A stretch of 64,000 nt of DNA from Candidatus Enterousia sp. (GTDB lineage Bacteria; Pseudomonadota; Alphaproteobacteria; Rs-D84), in the NCBI GenBank assembly GCA_045614145.1, contig JAZLCH010000011.1, positions 4,198-68,197 of the forward strand, in the 5' to 3' direction. How positions within the stretch are numbered: position 1 is the stretch's first letter; each line of letters opens with the position of its first letter. Of the stretch, positions 1 through 9,782 are shown one piece after another. The translations under genes and the position numbers were made by a program. The notes beneath the pieces were generated by a model, which did not search any database, was not told the origin of the DNA, and worked only from the letters and a program-made list of their open reading frames with translations.

Positions 1-77
1 ATATCGGTAAGAAAACAGTTGATTCTATGATTTTTTTATGATAATCTTACCGATGAGGAAGAAAAGGGGGAGAGTGT

Positions 78-299
78 ATGATGAAGATAAAAGACTCAAG
101 GGTTTTTGGTGAAGTTATACGCAAAGTACGTAAAAAACAGGGGCTGACCCAGGCGCAACTTGCAGGGATTGTAAACACTAGTCCACGACTGATTGGTGAG
201 TTAGAACGTGGCAAGCCTACAATTCAGCTGGAAAAAGCGTTAAAGGTTGCTTGGATGCTAGGGGTTAACATAGAAACACCGGAAATCGAAAATGACTAG
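78..299 (+). CDS. hipB: XRE-family HTH antitoxin (HipB-like)
   Basis: 73 aa HTH (QGLTQAQLAGIVNTSPRLIGELERG); 3' end overlaps start of HipA-like gene by 8 nt. Confidence 0.6.
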   Translation: MMKIKDSRVFGEVIRKVRKKQGLTQAQLAGIVNTSPRLIGELERGKPTIQLEKALKVAWMLGVNIETPEIEND

Positions 300-1548
300 A
301 ACTTTGAATGTTTTTTTATATAGCCAAAAAGTTGGCAAACTGTCCGAAGACGATGTAGGTTATTTGGAATTTAAATACGCAAATGATGCAAAATGGCCGA
401 TATCAGTTCGTATGCCGGTTAGAACAAGAAAGTATGATCGTCGTTACGCTGAACCATTCTTTGATAATCTGACACCAGAGGGTGATGCGCTGAAGCTGAT
501 AGCGGATAAATTCCATATATCAGATGATAATACTTTTTCTGTGCTGGACAAGATTGGTGGCGAATGTGCGGGGGCTATTTCACTGTATCCAGATGAGATG
601 CCAAATGTCGATGAAGATTTGGTGGAAATTACAGACGATAAACTGGTAAAAATAATTCAAGAATTGCCCCAAAACCCATTGCTGACGGGTATTGAGGGTG
701 CGCCTAGATTATCATTGGCCGGCGCGCAATCTAAATTCGCTGTGGTAAAGGGCGTAGATGACAAATACTATCGTTCCACGAACACTCACCCCACAACGCA
801 CATAATAAAAATCGTAAATCAGCGTTTTCCAGAATTACTGAATAATGAATTATTCTGTATGAAGTTGGCGGCAAAAACATTGTTAGGCATGGGAACGGTT
901 CCTGTGGCACTGCGTGCAACGGGTGAACATAAATATCTGGAAATTGAACGCTATGACAGACGTGTTGTAGCAGATGGGCGGGTCGAAAGGGTTCATCAGG
1001 AAGATTTTTGTCAGATTTTGGGGTATTTGGAACGTAGCAAGTATCAAAAGGATCGTGGGCCAGGAATCCGTGATGTCTATAATGCAATCCTGGAATATTC
1101 GTCTGCACCGGCAACTGATGCATACAGATTTGTTGAATTGGTAATGTTTAACTATCTGATTGGTAATACGGATGCACATGCCAAGAATTTTTCAATATTG
1201 CACGAAGATTATGGAAAGAACATATTTTTGGCGCCGGCCTATGATTTGATTTCGGTAGAGGTGTATCCAGAAACAACAGTTGATCATGAAACTGCAATGG
1301 TTATAAACGGCAAGGCTAAATATGATGCTATGACCAAGAAAGACTGGTTGGCATTATATGAACAGCTGGAGCTGAATCCGGCACGCGTTTTGCAGACACT
1401 TCGGGACAGATTAAGCGGGGTGCTGGGGGCGGCCAAAACATTGCGTGATGAATTGAATGCAGATGTGCTGACTAAATCGGATATCTATGATAAGATTGTA
1501 GATATCATAGAAAAGCGTTATTCGGCCATCATCGCTGATAATAAATAA
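292..1548 (+). CDS. hipA: HipA-family Ser/Thr kinase toxin
   Basis: 418 aa; HipA C-terminal signature LIGNTDAHAKNFSIL and GAQSKFAV; translationally coupled to upstream HTH gene. Confidence 0.8.
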   Translation: MTRTLNVFLYSQKVGKLSEDDVGYLEFKYANDAKWPISVRMPVRTRKYDRRYAEPFFDNLTPEGDALKLIADKFHISDDNTFSVLDKIGGECAGAISLYPDEMPNVDEDLVEITDDKLVKIIQELPQNPLLTGIEGAPRLSLAGAQSKFAVVKGVDDKYYRSTNTHPTTHIIKIVNQRFPELLNNELFCMKLAAKTLLGMGTVPVALRATGEHKYLEIERYDRRVVADGRVERVHQEDFCQILGYLERSKYQKDRGPGIRDVYNAILEYSSAPATDAYRFVELVMFNYLIGNTDAHAKNFSILHEDYGKNIFLAPAYDLISVEVYPETTVDHETAMVINGKAKYDAMTKKDWLALYEQLELNPARVLQTLRDRLSGVLGAAKTLRDELNADVLTKSDIYDKIVDIIEKRYSAIIADNK

Positions 1549-1571
1549 TGGACGTGTTTTGTTGATTAAAT

Positions 1572-1602
1572 AGAGGTGTCGGAAGTGATGCCTCTTTTTT
1601 TA
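1572..1602 (+). terminator. weak intrinsic terminator after hipA
   Basis: stem agagg/cctct with 14-nt loop followed by T7 run. Confidence 0.3.
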
Positions 1603-1876
1603 GGCTTGTGATAAATCGGCAATAGTTGATTTGGTGTCGTATCTATATTCAAGAACCTCAGCATTTTTGCAATATGTTCAAAATATGTAGATTTTTTTAT
1701 GGGTTGTGAAATGGTAAGTTATTCATCGGACTGCGGACAGGTTGCGGATCCTGTGTAGCTGCTGTGTAGCCAAGGGGTTAAATAGTGGTGTTTTTAGGTG
1801 GATTGTAGTGTGCCTAAATCCAAAGGTGCCAACAAAGAAAAACGCCGCAAAATCAACGGTTTTGCGACGGAGTTCG

Positions 1877-1923
1877 TGGCTCGAGCAACTGGACTCGAAC
1901 CAACGACATACGGATTAACAGTC
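1877..1923 (-). other. degenerate tRNA-Thr 3' half (T-arm plus part of anticodon arm); candidate distal att repeat of the island
   Basis: ggactcgaaccaacgacatacggatta closely matches ggacttgaaccaacgacctactgatta of the intact tRNA-Thr at 24541-24617, same orientation; acceptor-stem part diverged. Confidence 0.45.
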
Positions 1924-2370
1924 AAAAAGCGGCAGTTGTTGCAAAAACGCTGTGAGCCAATGTGAGTAAGGGATTGCGAGGTTTTGCAAAAATCGCTTTT
2001 GGGGTGCTTGGTGTAAGATTATGTATTTTTATAAAAAATATTTTGAAGCTCAAAATGCAAGCGGTTAAAAGTTGTAAAAAAACATTTTTTTCAAAAATTA
2101 AAAATTTATAAAAAAGCCAGAAATCTGCATATTATAAGGTCTCGCTGTACCCCTACCATAGAAATCAGTGTAGATTTCTATAAAATGCTTGTAAAAGGGC
2201 ATGAAAACATTACCATAAACCGTATGAAATAAGGCAGAAAAAATGACAGAACAATTGGAAAAAAGACCGGTAGTTTTTATCAAGAAAGGATGGTTCGTAT
2301 TTTGGTGCTTGGCATGTCCACCCATCGCCTTTTTGTATGTCCTTTTTGCAGATAGTGCGGAGGTGTAGTT

Positions 2371-2880
2371 ATGCAGGGGCAACAAGATATAGAATACACA
2401 AATATTATGTCATTAACAGATGCTGGGGTGGGCTTTTTGACAACTTGTGCTATTTTGCAACAAGAAATATCGCAAAAGAAAGATATGTTAAGAGAATTTA
2501 GATTACGAGGCGTTGAAAATACATGCATTTTACAAGCGGTTGAAATGTTCTTAAAAGTTTTCTTGCTCAAGGAATGTAAAAGATTAGACAAACTGCAAAC
2601 ACACAAGGTATATGATTTGTTTAAAAAGCTAAAGCCAGAAACCCAGCAAGAATTTGTTGGGTTGGTACATGGTGATGGTCGCCAGCATCTGGCTTCTTTA
2701 GAGCCTGTATTACAAGATAATAATGAGAAAATGATACGGCTGAGATATAACGATCTAAATAAAAGCGCAAGCCTAACGTTTTCTAATGGTGACGTGTTGC
2801 TGCATTTTGCCCAGATTATGTGTAATAAATTAGGCGAAAAAATAACGGTCGGTGGTCAAGAGTGGTCTTGGCGCAATTAA
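2371..2880 (+). CDS. hypothetical protein
   Basis: 169-aa ORF, no recognised motifs. Confidence 0.35.
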   Translation: MQGQQDIEYTNIMSLTDAGVGFLTTCAILQQEISQKKDMLREFRLRGVENTCILQAVEMFLKVFLLKECKRLDKLQTHKVYDLFKKLKPETQQEFVGLVHGDGRQHLASLEPVLQDNNEKMIRLRYNDLNKSASLTFSNGDVLLHFAQIMCNKLGEKITVGGQEWSWRN

Positions 2881-2945
2881 CATATTGTTCTACTTGACTT
2901 TATGACTTGTCTCGTTGTGTCTCTTTATAAAGGAAATATATAGAT

Positions 2946-3470
2946 ATGAAAAGGAATTTGTATAAACAAAATTTTGACCGTTTGGTCCAGAATTTGAGAA
3001 AATACTGCCTTGATTGTAATGCGCTTTACGGAAGTCAGAAGTATCCGAAATGTACATATTTTTCAAAAAAGTACAATTCTTACATTTCTGAACGAACAGT
3101 CTATGCAGGACGAATATCTGGCTTAGATTATAATAAAAAACAAATGGATTACTTTCGTAACGAAATTTCAGAGGAAGAATTTAAGAATTTTCATGATAAA
3201 TTTATTGAACAAAATCCATGGTTTCCTGAAATACGTCTTGATGGTAAATTTAGAGTATTCGTTTATTTAGAAAATAATAATTTTTGTTTGGATATAGAAG
3301 AAAATAAAGTAAGAACAAAATTAGTGGAAATACCGGTCCCAGAAAAAATTATTGGGGATCATAATGGTGATACAGCTTGGCGATTTGAACAGTGTATAAA
3401 TCGTCAAATAGATAAATATTTAAGGCAAAAACATACGAATATAGATATAATAAGAGCCTTGCCAGAATAG
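2946..3470 (+). CDS. hypothetical protein, Cys-containing N-terminus
   Basis: 174-aa ORF; CLDCN...C pattern near N-terminus. Confidence 0.35.
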   Translation: MKRNLYKQNFDRLVQNLRKYCLDCNALYGSQKYPKCTYFSKKYNSYISERTVYAGRISGLDYNKKQMDYFRNEISEEEFKNFHDKFIEQNPWFPEIRLDGKFRVFVYLENNNFCLDIEENKVRTKLVEIPVPEKIIGDHNGDTAWRFEQCINRQIDKYLRQKHTNIDIIRALPE

Positions 3471-3798
3471 AGAAAATGAACAAAAGCGTAAAACCAAGCA
3501 TCTGTCTCATTAGTGTTTAACAGTACACAGATAATAATCTCAGTTTTATTATCTGGTGTTTCCAAATCCCAAGCATCCCAATCAAAATAATTATTTTATG
3601 CAAATAATGCGATTTGAACTAATTTCTATTGGTATGTGTTGGGGTATTAACAGTTGTCATGCTAATATATCAGGCTAGGATGCACCACCAACAAAATGCT
3701 GGACCTGTTGGGGTAGGATGATGTTTTTTTATTGTTTGTTGTTGTTTTTTTGTAAGACTCTGATAACATTCTATTTAAGAAAATTAACGGAGGTTTAG

Positions 3799-5862
3799 AT
3801 GTACACACCAGCACCAATGAGAACATCAGTCTTAGACTTTATTCAGAAAAGCATGGGATGCCAGTTTGTTATTCCTGTATATCAGCGTAATTATACATGG
3901 AAGGCAAAGGAAGAAGTTGAAGTATTTTTAGATGACACAGAACGCCTTTTGTATAAAGAAAGTTCAGCGCATTTTTTTGGTATTGTAATATACCTAGGCC
4001 TGCCACGAGCATTTAATCATCATGAGTATCAAGTTGTGGATGGGCAACAGCGCTTAACAACGGTCTTTTTGACATTGTATGCACTAAAGCATATTGCTCA
4101 GCAAGATATCTATGATTCTACATTCCCCGATAAATTAGATGATATGTATTTGATAAATAAATACATAGAAGATGCTTCTATGAAATTAAAATTGAAGCCG
4201 CTGGTATCAGACGACAATGTATATGTAAAAATTGTTGAAGGAAATCTAAAAAACATAAGTCCAGAAGAACAAAATACAAATGTGTATAAAAATTATGTTG
4301 CGATTAAGAATAGAATAGGTAAATGGTTGTCAGATGATTATAGCCTAGAAGCTATTTTAGATGCGTTACAGAAATTATACATAGTTACAATTCCATTGTT
4401 AAATACAGATGATCCACAGCAAATATTTGAAAGTATCAATTCAAAGGGGGCTCCTTTAACTGCTGCGGATCTTATACGTAATTATTTGTTGATGGGCGAG
4501 GAAGATGTTGAACAAGAACGTTTGTATGAAAAATATTGGAAACCGTTAGAAGCAAAGGTTGAAGATTCTAAAGAACTGGAAGAGTTTTTCAGATTATTTT
4601 TAGCAAATCAAACATTCGATTTGCCAAAAAAGAAAGAAGTGTATAGTGCGTTTAAATTATGGTGCGATGATGAGGAAACAAGCAAACAGGAGATTTTTGA
4701 AAAGATAAATCAATATATGGGATATTTTTGGGCACTGTATCGGGAAGAAGATGCAATAAAAAATCTGCCAGCATTACGTTTCTTTAGACGTAATCCGTCT
4801 GTCTTGCCCGCACCATTCTTAATGGAGATGTATAAACTATGCGATGAACAGAAAATATCGCCAAGAACATTGGATGTAATTATTGATCTTGTAGATATTT
4901 ATTTGACCAGACGTGCACTTGCCGCAAGAGACACAAGTGAAATTACAAGATTTTTCCCAAGTTTCTTAAGGCATGTTATTTTGGCAACGGGCGACAAATA
5001 TGAAAATATCGTAGATAATGTAAAGTATTTCTTAATAAATGAAACAAGATTTACGGCAATGAAAATGCCAACAGATCAGGATTTAAGAGACTTTTTATCA
5101 CATAACGATGCTTATATTTTAAAATGTACCCGTTCTGTTCTGGATAAGCTTGAATTGGTTGATAATTCTGCCCAGGTTGATTTATCAAATTTAAGTGTAG
5201 AGCATTTGTTGCCACAGACTGCGACGGATTATTGGAAGAAATATGTTCCAGAGGATGAGTATGATCAGTATGTCGGTTTGATTGGCAATTTAACCTTGGC
5301 AACCAGTCTTAATAATAGCCAAATGGGCAATGACGAATGGGACAAAAAGAAACAAATACTAGAACAAACAAGACATATTAAATTAAATGAAGAACTGTTG
5401 TCTTATAATGAATGGACAAAAGCAGACATAGAAAACCGAACTCAACAAATGATTGATAGGATTATAAAACATTATCCATATCAAGAGTCTTCTTTGTCTG
5501 AGAATCCTTTGCCGCCAGAAGTTCAGCAACAATATGCTCAGGCACAAAGGGATGCACGTAAAGCTAGAAAGTTGTCACGGGTATCTCGCAGTCGATTTAA
5601 TTTTGACATGTTAGATATTCCTAATGGGGCAACTTTGGTTTTTATAAAGGATGAGTCTGAAACTTGTACAGTAATATCTGAAAATACCGTTTCATACAAG
5701 GGGGCAGAGTATCGTTTAAGTCCATTAGCAAAAGAGTTGCTGCATAAGCGTGGCATCAATTGGAATACCGTACAGGGGCCAGCTATGTTTAAATATAATG
5801 GCGAAGTTTTGTCAGAAAGGCGAGACAGAATAGAGAGAGATGAATTAGCTTGGTGGGAATGA
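3799..5862 (+). CDS. DUF262 (ParB-like, DGQQR motif) / DUF1524 (His-Me finger) protein, GmrSD-like type IV restriction family, with extra C-terminal domain
   Basis: VVDGQQRLTT motif near N-terminus; SVEHLLPQT His-Me finger motif; about 130 aa extra C-terminal region. Confidence 0.75.
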   Translation: MYTPAPMRTSVLDFIQKSMGCQFVIPVYQRNYTWKAKEEVEVFLDDTERLLYKESSAHFFGIVIYLGLPRAFNHHEYQVVDGQQRLTTVFLTLYALKHIAQQDIYDSTFPDKLDDMYLINKYIEDASMKLKLKPLVSDDNVYVKIVEGNLKNISPEEQNTNVYKNYVAIKNRIGKWLSDDYSLEAILDALQKLYIVTIPLLNTDDPQQIFESINSKGAPLTAADLIRNYLLMGEEDVEQERLYEKYWKPLEAKVEDSKELEEFFRLFLANQTFDLPKKKEVYSAFKLWCDDEETSKQEIFEKINQYMGYFWALYREEDAIKNLPALRFFRRNPSVLPAPFLMEMYKLCDEQKISPRTLDVIIDLVDIYLTRRALAARDTSEITRFFPSFLRHVILATGDKYENIVDNVKYFLINETRFTAMKMPTDQDLRDFLSHNDAYILKCTRSVLDKLELVDNSAQVDLSNLSVEHLLPQTATDYWKKYVPEDEYDQYVGLIGNLTLATSLNNSQMGNDEWDKKKQILEQTRHIKLNEELLSYNEWTKADIENRTQQMIDRIIKHYPYQESSLSENPLPPEVQQQYAQAQRDARKARKLSRVSRSRFNFDMLDIPNGATLVFIKDESETCTVISENTVSYKGAEYRLSPLAKELLHKRGINWNTVQGPAMFKYNGEVLSERRDRIERDELAWWE

Positions 5863-6045
5863 TGTTTTATATAAAACGGCCAAATAAGGCCGTTTTTTAT
5901 AAAGCTAATAATCAGGAGGCAAAAGTCTATTGTGTTTTCCTGTATATATCCGGATAAACTGTTCTAAAAGTCGCAATTTCCGCCTTAATAGAAATTTTAT
6001 GTAAAACTGCAGAAAATTTCTATTATGATAGAAATTTGTTCCTTT

Positions 6046-6084
6046 TCGTGTAAAATCGTGTAAAATCGTGTAAAAACACGGCAA
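6046..6084. repeat. 3 tandem copies of tcgtgtaaaa ending in palindrome cgtgtaaaaacacg
   Basis: direct reading; lies 40 bp upstream of NUDIX gene start. Confidence 0.5.
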
Positions 6085-6123
6085 TGGCCGCACAACGTTT
6101 TATACCAAGGTCTAAGGAAACAA

Positions 6124-6513
6124 ATGAAAGTAACTGCTGCGATTTTTAGAGATGGTGATAAAGTTCTGCTGATGCGACGGGCGGTTGACCAGCCATTGGC
6201 GGGCGAATGGGAATACCCCGGTGGTAAGTTTGAAGACGGCGAAGACGGCCCAACCTGCCTGCATAGGGAATTGGCTGAAGAACTCGGCATTGATGCGCAA
6301 ATCGGCGACCTGATTACAATCGCAAAACATACAACAGATTCAGGCAAGGTCATCGAACTGCACACATACGAAATCAAATCCTACACCGGCGAAATCCAAT
6401 TGCACGTCCACGATGATATGCACTGGGTGCGGATTCCGGACCTGTTATCCCACCCACAATTACCGGCAGATTTGATTGTGTCGAACGAACTTATGCAACT
6501 TAGTCTTGAATAA
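6124..6513 (+). CDS. NUDIX hydrolase (MutT-like)
   Basis: Nudix box GGKFEDGEDGPTCLHRELAEELGI. Confidence 0.8.
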   Translation: MKVTAAIFRDGDKVLLMRRAVDQPLAGEWEYPGGKFEDGEDGPTCLHRELAEELGIDAQIGDLITIAKHTTDSGKVIELHTYEIKSYTGEIQLHVHDDMHWVRIPDLLSHPQLPADLIVSNELMQLSLE

Positions 6514-7663
6514 TTTCTTTTATTTTTACCATCGTATTCACAAACGATTTGCGATTTGTGGTCATAATGTTGGTGTTCAATTTATAGAATTTTCTCATTT
6601 CGACATATGGGGTTTGGCCTGAAGTTAAGAATGGTTTCATGGATTCCAAGAAATATGACAGTTTGGCAGATTTGTTCGTACCTTTTAGTCGTTTGCTGAT
6701 TGCGGATGGGACAAACCATATGTTGTCGTCTGAAATTTCAAATAACGAAATAACTTTTGGAATGCCAACGCCAACATGCTTTGTTGCTGTCGTAACTGAC
6801 ATACCTATATTACGCAGGTCGTTAAAGAAATCGTAGACAGATGCTTCGGGTATATTAGAGTTTTTGGCAACAAATTTATTTACAAACTCTTCTTCGGAAA
6901 TGTAATCGGTTGTACGTTTGGCACTTGGTTCGGTATCAGCACCAGGGGCTGAGCAAACTATATTGTCATTTTTGATAGTAATAACAGCTCGTTCAATATG
7001 CTTGGTGTTCATGGTAAGCTGTGGAATAACCAAGAATTTGTCACCTAGTGCATATGTTTTTATTTCGCACAGCGCCAATTTATACTTCATGTCTATGGGG
7101 CTGTTTACAAATGCGGCTATGTTTTCAACTGTTGGGCGGATAGTGTCGCCAACAATCAGCATCAAAAATTCTGCATGACGAATGTGGCGATGTACGGCAT
7201 CTATGAAGGTTTCTTTGTCTGGCAAATCTTTGAATTTCTTTTTCATGTCTGTGTATAAATCAGATTTGCCATATAAGTCATTTAATGTTGAATAATCCCA
7301 ACCAGATGCACGGATATTGGCTGCATAGTCTAATATTTGTCCCAAAACCTCACGACAAGACTCAGGATTGCGATGCAGTTTTGTTTCTACTAACACCAAT
7401 CGACCCGATTTGCTGATAAATATTATATCAACATGTCCAGTTCCTTTTTTGCTGGTTTTCGTGGACGCTTCGCTACACACGTACATTAAATCCGCATAAT
7501 TTGAGTCAATGTCAGATACAGGTAGTATATCAGGACAGGTTGGCAAAAATTTTTGTAACCATTTTTCTGATTCAATTCGTTTAATTTCTGGGCTGGTTGT
7601 CTTACCATGCTTATCTACAAAGACTGGTGATTTTACAGCACGTTCTGACATGACTCTCTCCAT
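6500..7663 (-). CDS. PD-(D/E)xK nuclease-like hypothetical protein
   Basis: GHVDIIFISKSGRLVLVETKL (D...E.K) followed by QILDY (RecB/Cas4-like QxxxY); remaining 250 aa unassigned. Confidence 0.45.
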   Translation of the reverse strand: MERVMSERAVKSPVFVDKHGKTTSPEIKRIESEKWLQKFLPTCPDILPVSDIDSNYADLMYVCSEASTKTSKKGTGHVDIIFISKSGRLVLVETKLHRNPESCREVLGQILDYAANIRASGWDYSTLNDLYGKSDLYTDMKKKFKDLPDKETFIDAVHRHIRHAEFLMLIVGDTIRPTVENIAAFVNSPIDMKYKLALCEIKTYALGDKFLVIPQLTMNTKHIERAVITIKNDNIVCSAPGADTEPSAKRTTDYISEEEFVNKFVAKNSNIPEASVYDFFNDLRNIGMSVTTATKHVGVGIPKVISLFEISDDNIWFVPSAISKRLKGTNKSAKLSYFLESMKPFLTSGQTPYVEMRKFYKLNTNIMTTNRKSFVNTMVKIKEIIQD

Positions 7664-7846
7664 AGTTTTTATTACTTGTATTGTACATTAAAATGGGCAT
7701 GTTTTCAAGATGTCGCTTAATTCATTTTGTATAGAATGTGTCAACAGAAGATGCATTAATACATAGAAAAGTTATTGATTTTACATGTTTTCGCACTATT
7801 TATATAGTGTGAGCATGGTGCTTGCACGGAACCAAAAGGATGTGAA

Positions 7847-8044
7847 ATGAAGAAGGTAATAAGTTGTTTAGTTGTGATGTTGTCGCTGTGTGTATTTAAT
7901 GTACCTGCTCAGGCCAGTTATTATGGTGGCTCAGGGTATGTGCATGTGAACGGTTATACAAAAAGCAATGGCACATATGTGCAGTCGCATTACAGAACAC
8001 GCCCAGACGGTATCAAATCTAATAATTTGAGCTATCGTTTTTAA
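7847..8044 (+). CDS. small secreted protein
   Basis: 65 aa with signal peptide (CLVVMLSLCVFNVPAQA); strong terminator downstream. Confidence 0.4.
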   Translation: MKKVISCLVVMLSLCVFNVPAQASYYGGSGYVHVNGYTKSNGTYVQSHYRTRPDGIKSNNLSYRF

Positions 8045-8052
8045 TAAGAATT

Positions 8053-8078
8053 CCCGCCCCATGTGGGCGGGTTTCTTT
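8053..8078 (+). terminator. intrinsic terminator
   Basis: cccgccc-catgt-gggcggg hairpin plus T-run. Confidence 0.6.
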
Positions 8079-8132
8079 ATCCATACAATCCTTTTTGACA
8101 TCTGTTGAATTCGGTTTATACTGATTCCCGGA

Positions 8133-9395
8133 ATGGCGGAAAGGTTTTATCTTTGCATTGATTTAAAGAGTTTCTTTGCCTCGGTCGAAGCGGTTGACCG
8201 TGGGCTGGACCCATTTACAACAAACCTGGTCGTGGCGGACCCGTCACGGGGGCGGGGTTCGGTCTGTCTGGCGATAACACCGGCGATGAAGGCCCTGGGG
8301 ATTCGCAACCGTTGCCGGGTCTTTGAAATCCCGCGCGGGGTCGAATACATCACCGCAATGCCCCGCATGAAAAAGTATATGGAGGTATCCGCCCAGATTT
8401 ACGGGATTTATCTGCGCTATATTTCGCCCGAAGATATCCATGTCTATTCCATTGACGAATGCTTTATCGATATCACGCCTTACTTGAAAATGTATAAGCG
8501 GTCGCCCAAAGAAATGGCGATAATGCTGATGGATGCGGTACGGGCCGAGACGGGCATATGCGCCACCGCCGGCATTGGTACGAACCTGTTCTTGGCCAAG
8601 GTTGCGCTGGATATCACGGCCAAGAAAGTCCCCGACCATATCGGATGCCTGGATGTAGAATCGTTCCGGGAACACCTGTGGCACCATCGCCCGATAACAG
8701 ATATCTGGAACATCGGGGCGGGCATTGCACGGCGACTGGAAAAATACGGTGTTTATGACCTGTATGGGGTGACACAGATGCCGGCCGAAACACTATATCG
8801 TGAGTTTGGCACAAATGCAGAATACCTGATTGACCATGCGAACGGCATCGAGCCATGCACGATTGCCGATATTCACAATTATCAAGCGAAATCACATTCC
8901 CTGTCCAACGGCCAGATTCTGTTCGAAGACTATAACTTTGAAGATGCTATGATTGTGATGCAGGAAATGGTGGATAACCTGGTCTTGGAATTGGTGGAAA
9001 AGAACTTGGTGGCGGATGAGATATCGCTGACTGTGGGGTATTCACGTGATGTTCGTCGCCCAACCGGGGGCAGTCGTAAATTGCCAGCGCACACATCGTC
9101 TTACAAGACATTGGTGGCGGACTTTGTGCGACTGTATCAGGAAACGACCGATAAACGCACGCCGATACATAAATTGACGGTGGGGTTGGGGAACCTGGTT
9201 GATGCGGATACGGTGCATCTGCAACTGGATTTATTTGCGGATACAATGGCGGATGAACGTGAAAGCAAATTGCAACACGCATTGCTGGATATCAAGGGGA
9301 AATATGGCAAGAACGCTGTCCTGCGTGGCATAAATTATCACGAGAAGTCCACCGGTCGCAAACGTAATACTTTGATTGGGGGACACAATGGCTGA
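8133..9395 (+). CDS. Y-family DNA polymerase (UmuC/UvrX-like)
   Basis: CIDLKSFFASVEAV and SIDECFIDIT catalytic motifs. Confidence 0.8.
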   Translation: MAERFYLCIDLKSFFASVEAVDRGLDPFTTNLVVADPSRGRGSVCLAITPAMKALGIRNRCRVFEIPRGVEYITAMPRMKKYMEVSAQIYGIYLRYISPEDIHVYSIDECFIDITPYLKMYKRSPKEMAIMLMDAVRAETGICATAGIGTNLFLAKVALDITAKKVPDHIGCLDVESFREHLWHHRPITDIWNIGAGIARRLEKYGVYDLYGVTQMPAETLYREFGTNAEYLIDHANGIEPCTIADIHNYQAKSHSLSNGQILFEDYNFEDAMIVMQEMVDNLVLELVEKNLVADEISLTVGYSRDVRRPTGGSRKLPAHTSSYKTLVADFVRLYQETTDKRTPIHKLTVGLGNLVDADTVHLQLDLFADTMADERESKLQHALLDIKGKYGKNAVLRGINYHEKSTGRKRNTLIGGHNG

Positions 9396-9717
9396 TAATA
9401 CCGCACGTGCAAAACAGTTTATGCCGTTCGCAGCCCTGCGTGGGTACTATGCGATGGTGCTGGCTAAAAATCGGGTGGTTGAGCCCAGGCGGGAGTTGAT
9501 TGGTGACGCCGCAGAACGGCTGTCCCGGAAACTTGCGCTGGTAAAAAAAGGCATGATGATAACGGTGCGATTTTACCGGACCGATGCCTATGACACTATA
9601 ACGGGCCTGGTCACCCGCATAGACCCCGAATACCGATACATCACCATAGTCAAAACCAAAATCCCATTTGACGACATCTCTGACATGTCTTTGACAGAAA
9701 CGGCAGAGATTAGATAA
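9376..9717 (+). CDS. YolD-like accessory protein (UmuD functional analog); likely real start ATG at 9388
   Basis: about 110 aa, overlaps polymerase stop (ATGGCTGA); size and position typical of YolD partners of UvrX-type polymerases. Confidence 0.45.
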   Translation: MGDTMADNTARAKQFMPFAALRGYYAMVLAKNRVVEPRRELIGDAAERLSRKLALVKKGMMITVRFYRTDAYDTITGLVTRIDPEYRYITIVKTKIPFDDISDMSLTETAEIR

Positions 9718-9782
9718 AAAGTAACGTGTTTGTTGGTTATAGTGTTGCGGATTGATTAATGTCTGTTAATAACCAAAAGTAT

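Noticed and set aside
731-1179. Minus-strand ORFs (130 and 98 aa) inside hipA
   Set aside because: Shadow ORFs antisense to a well-supported HipA coding region; no motifs.
8147-9331. Several minus-strand ORFs (60-147 aa) antisense to the Y-family polymerase gene
   Set aside because: Overlap a strongly supported CDS; Pro/Arg-rich translations typical of antisense frames in GC-richer segments.
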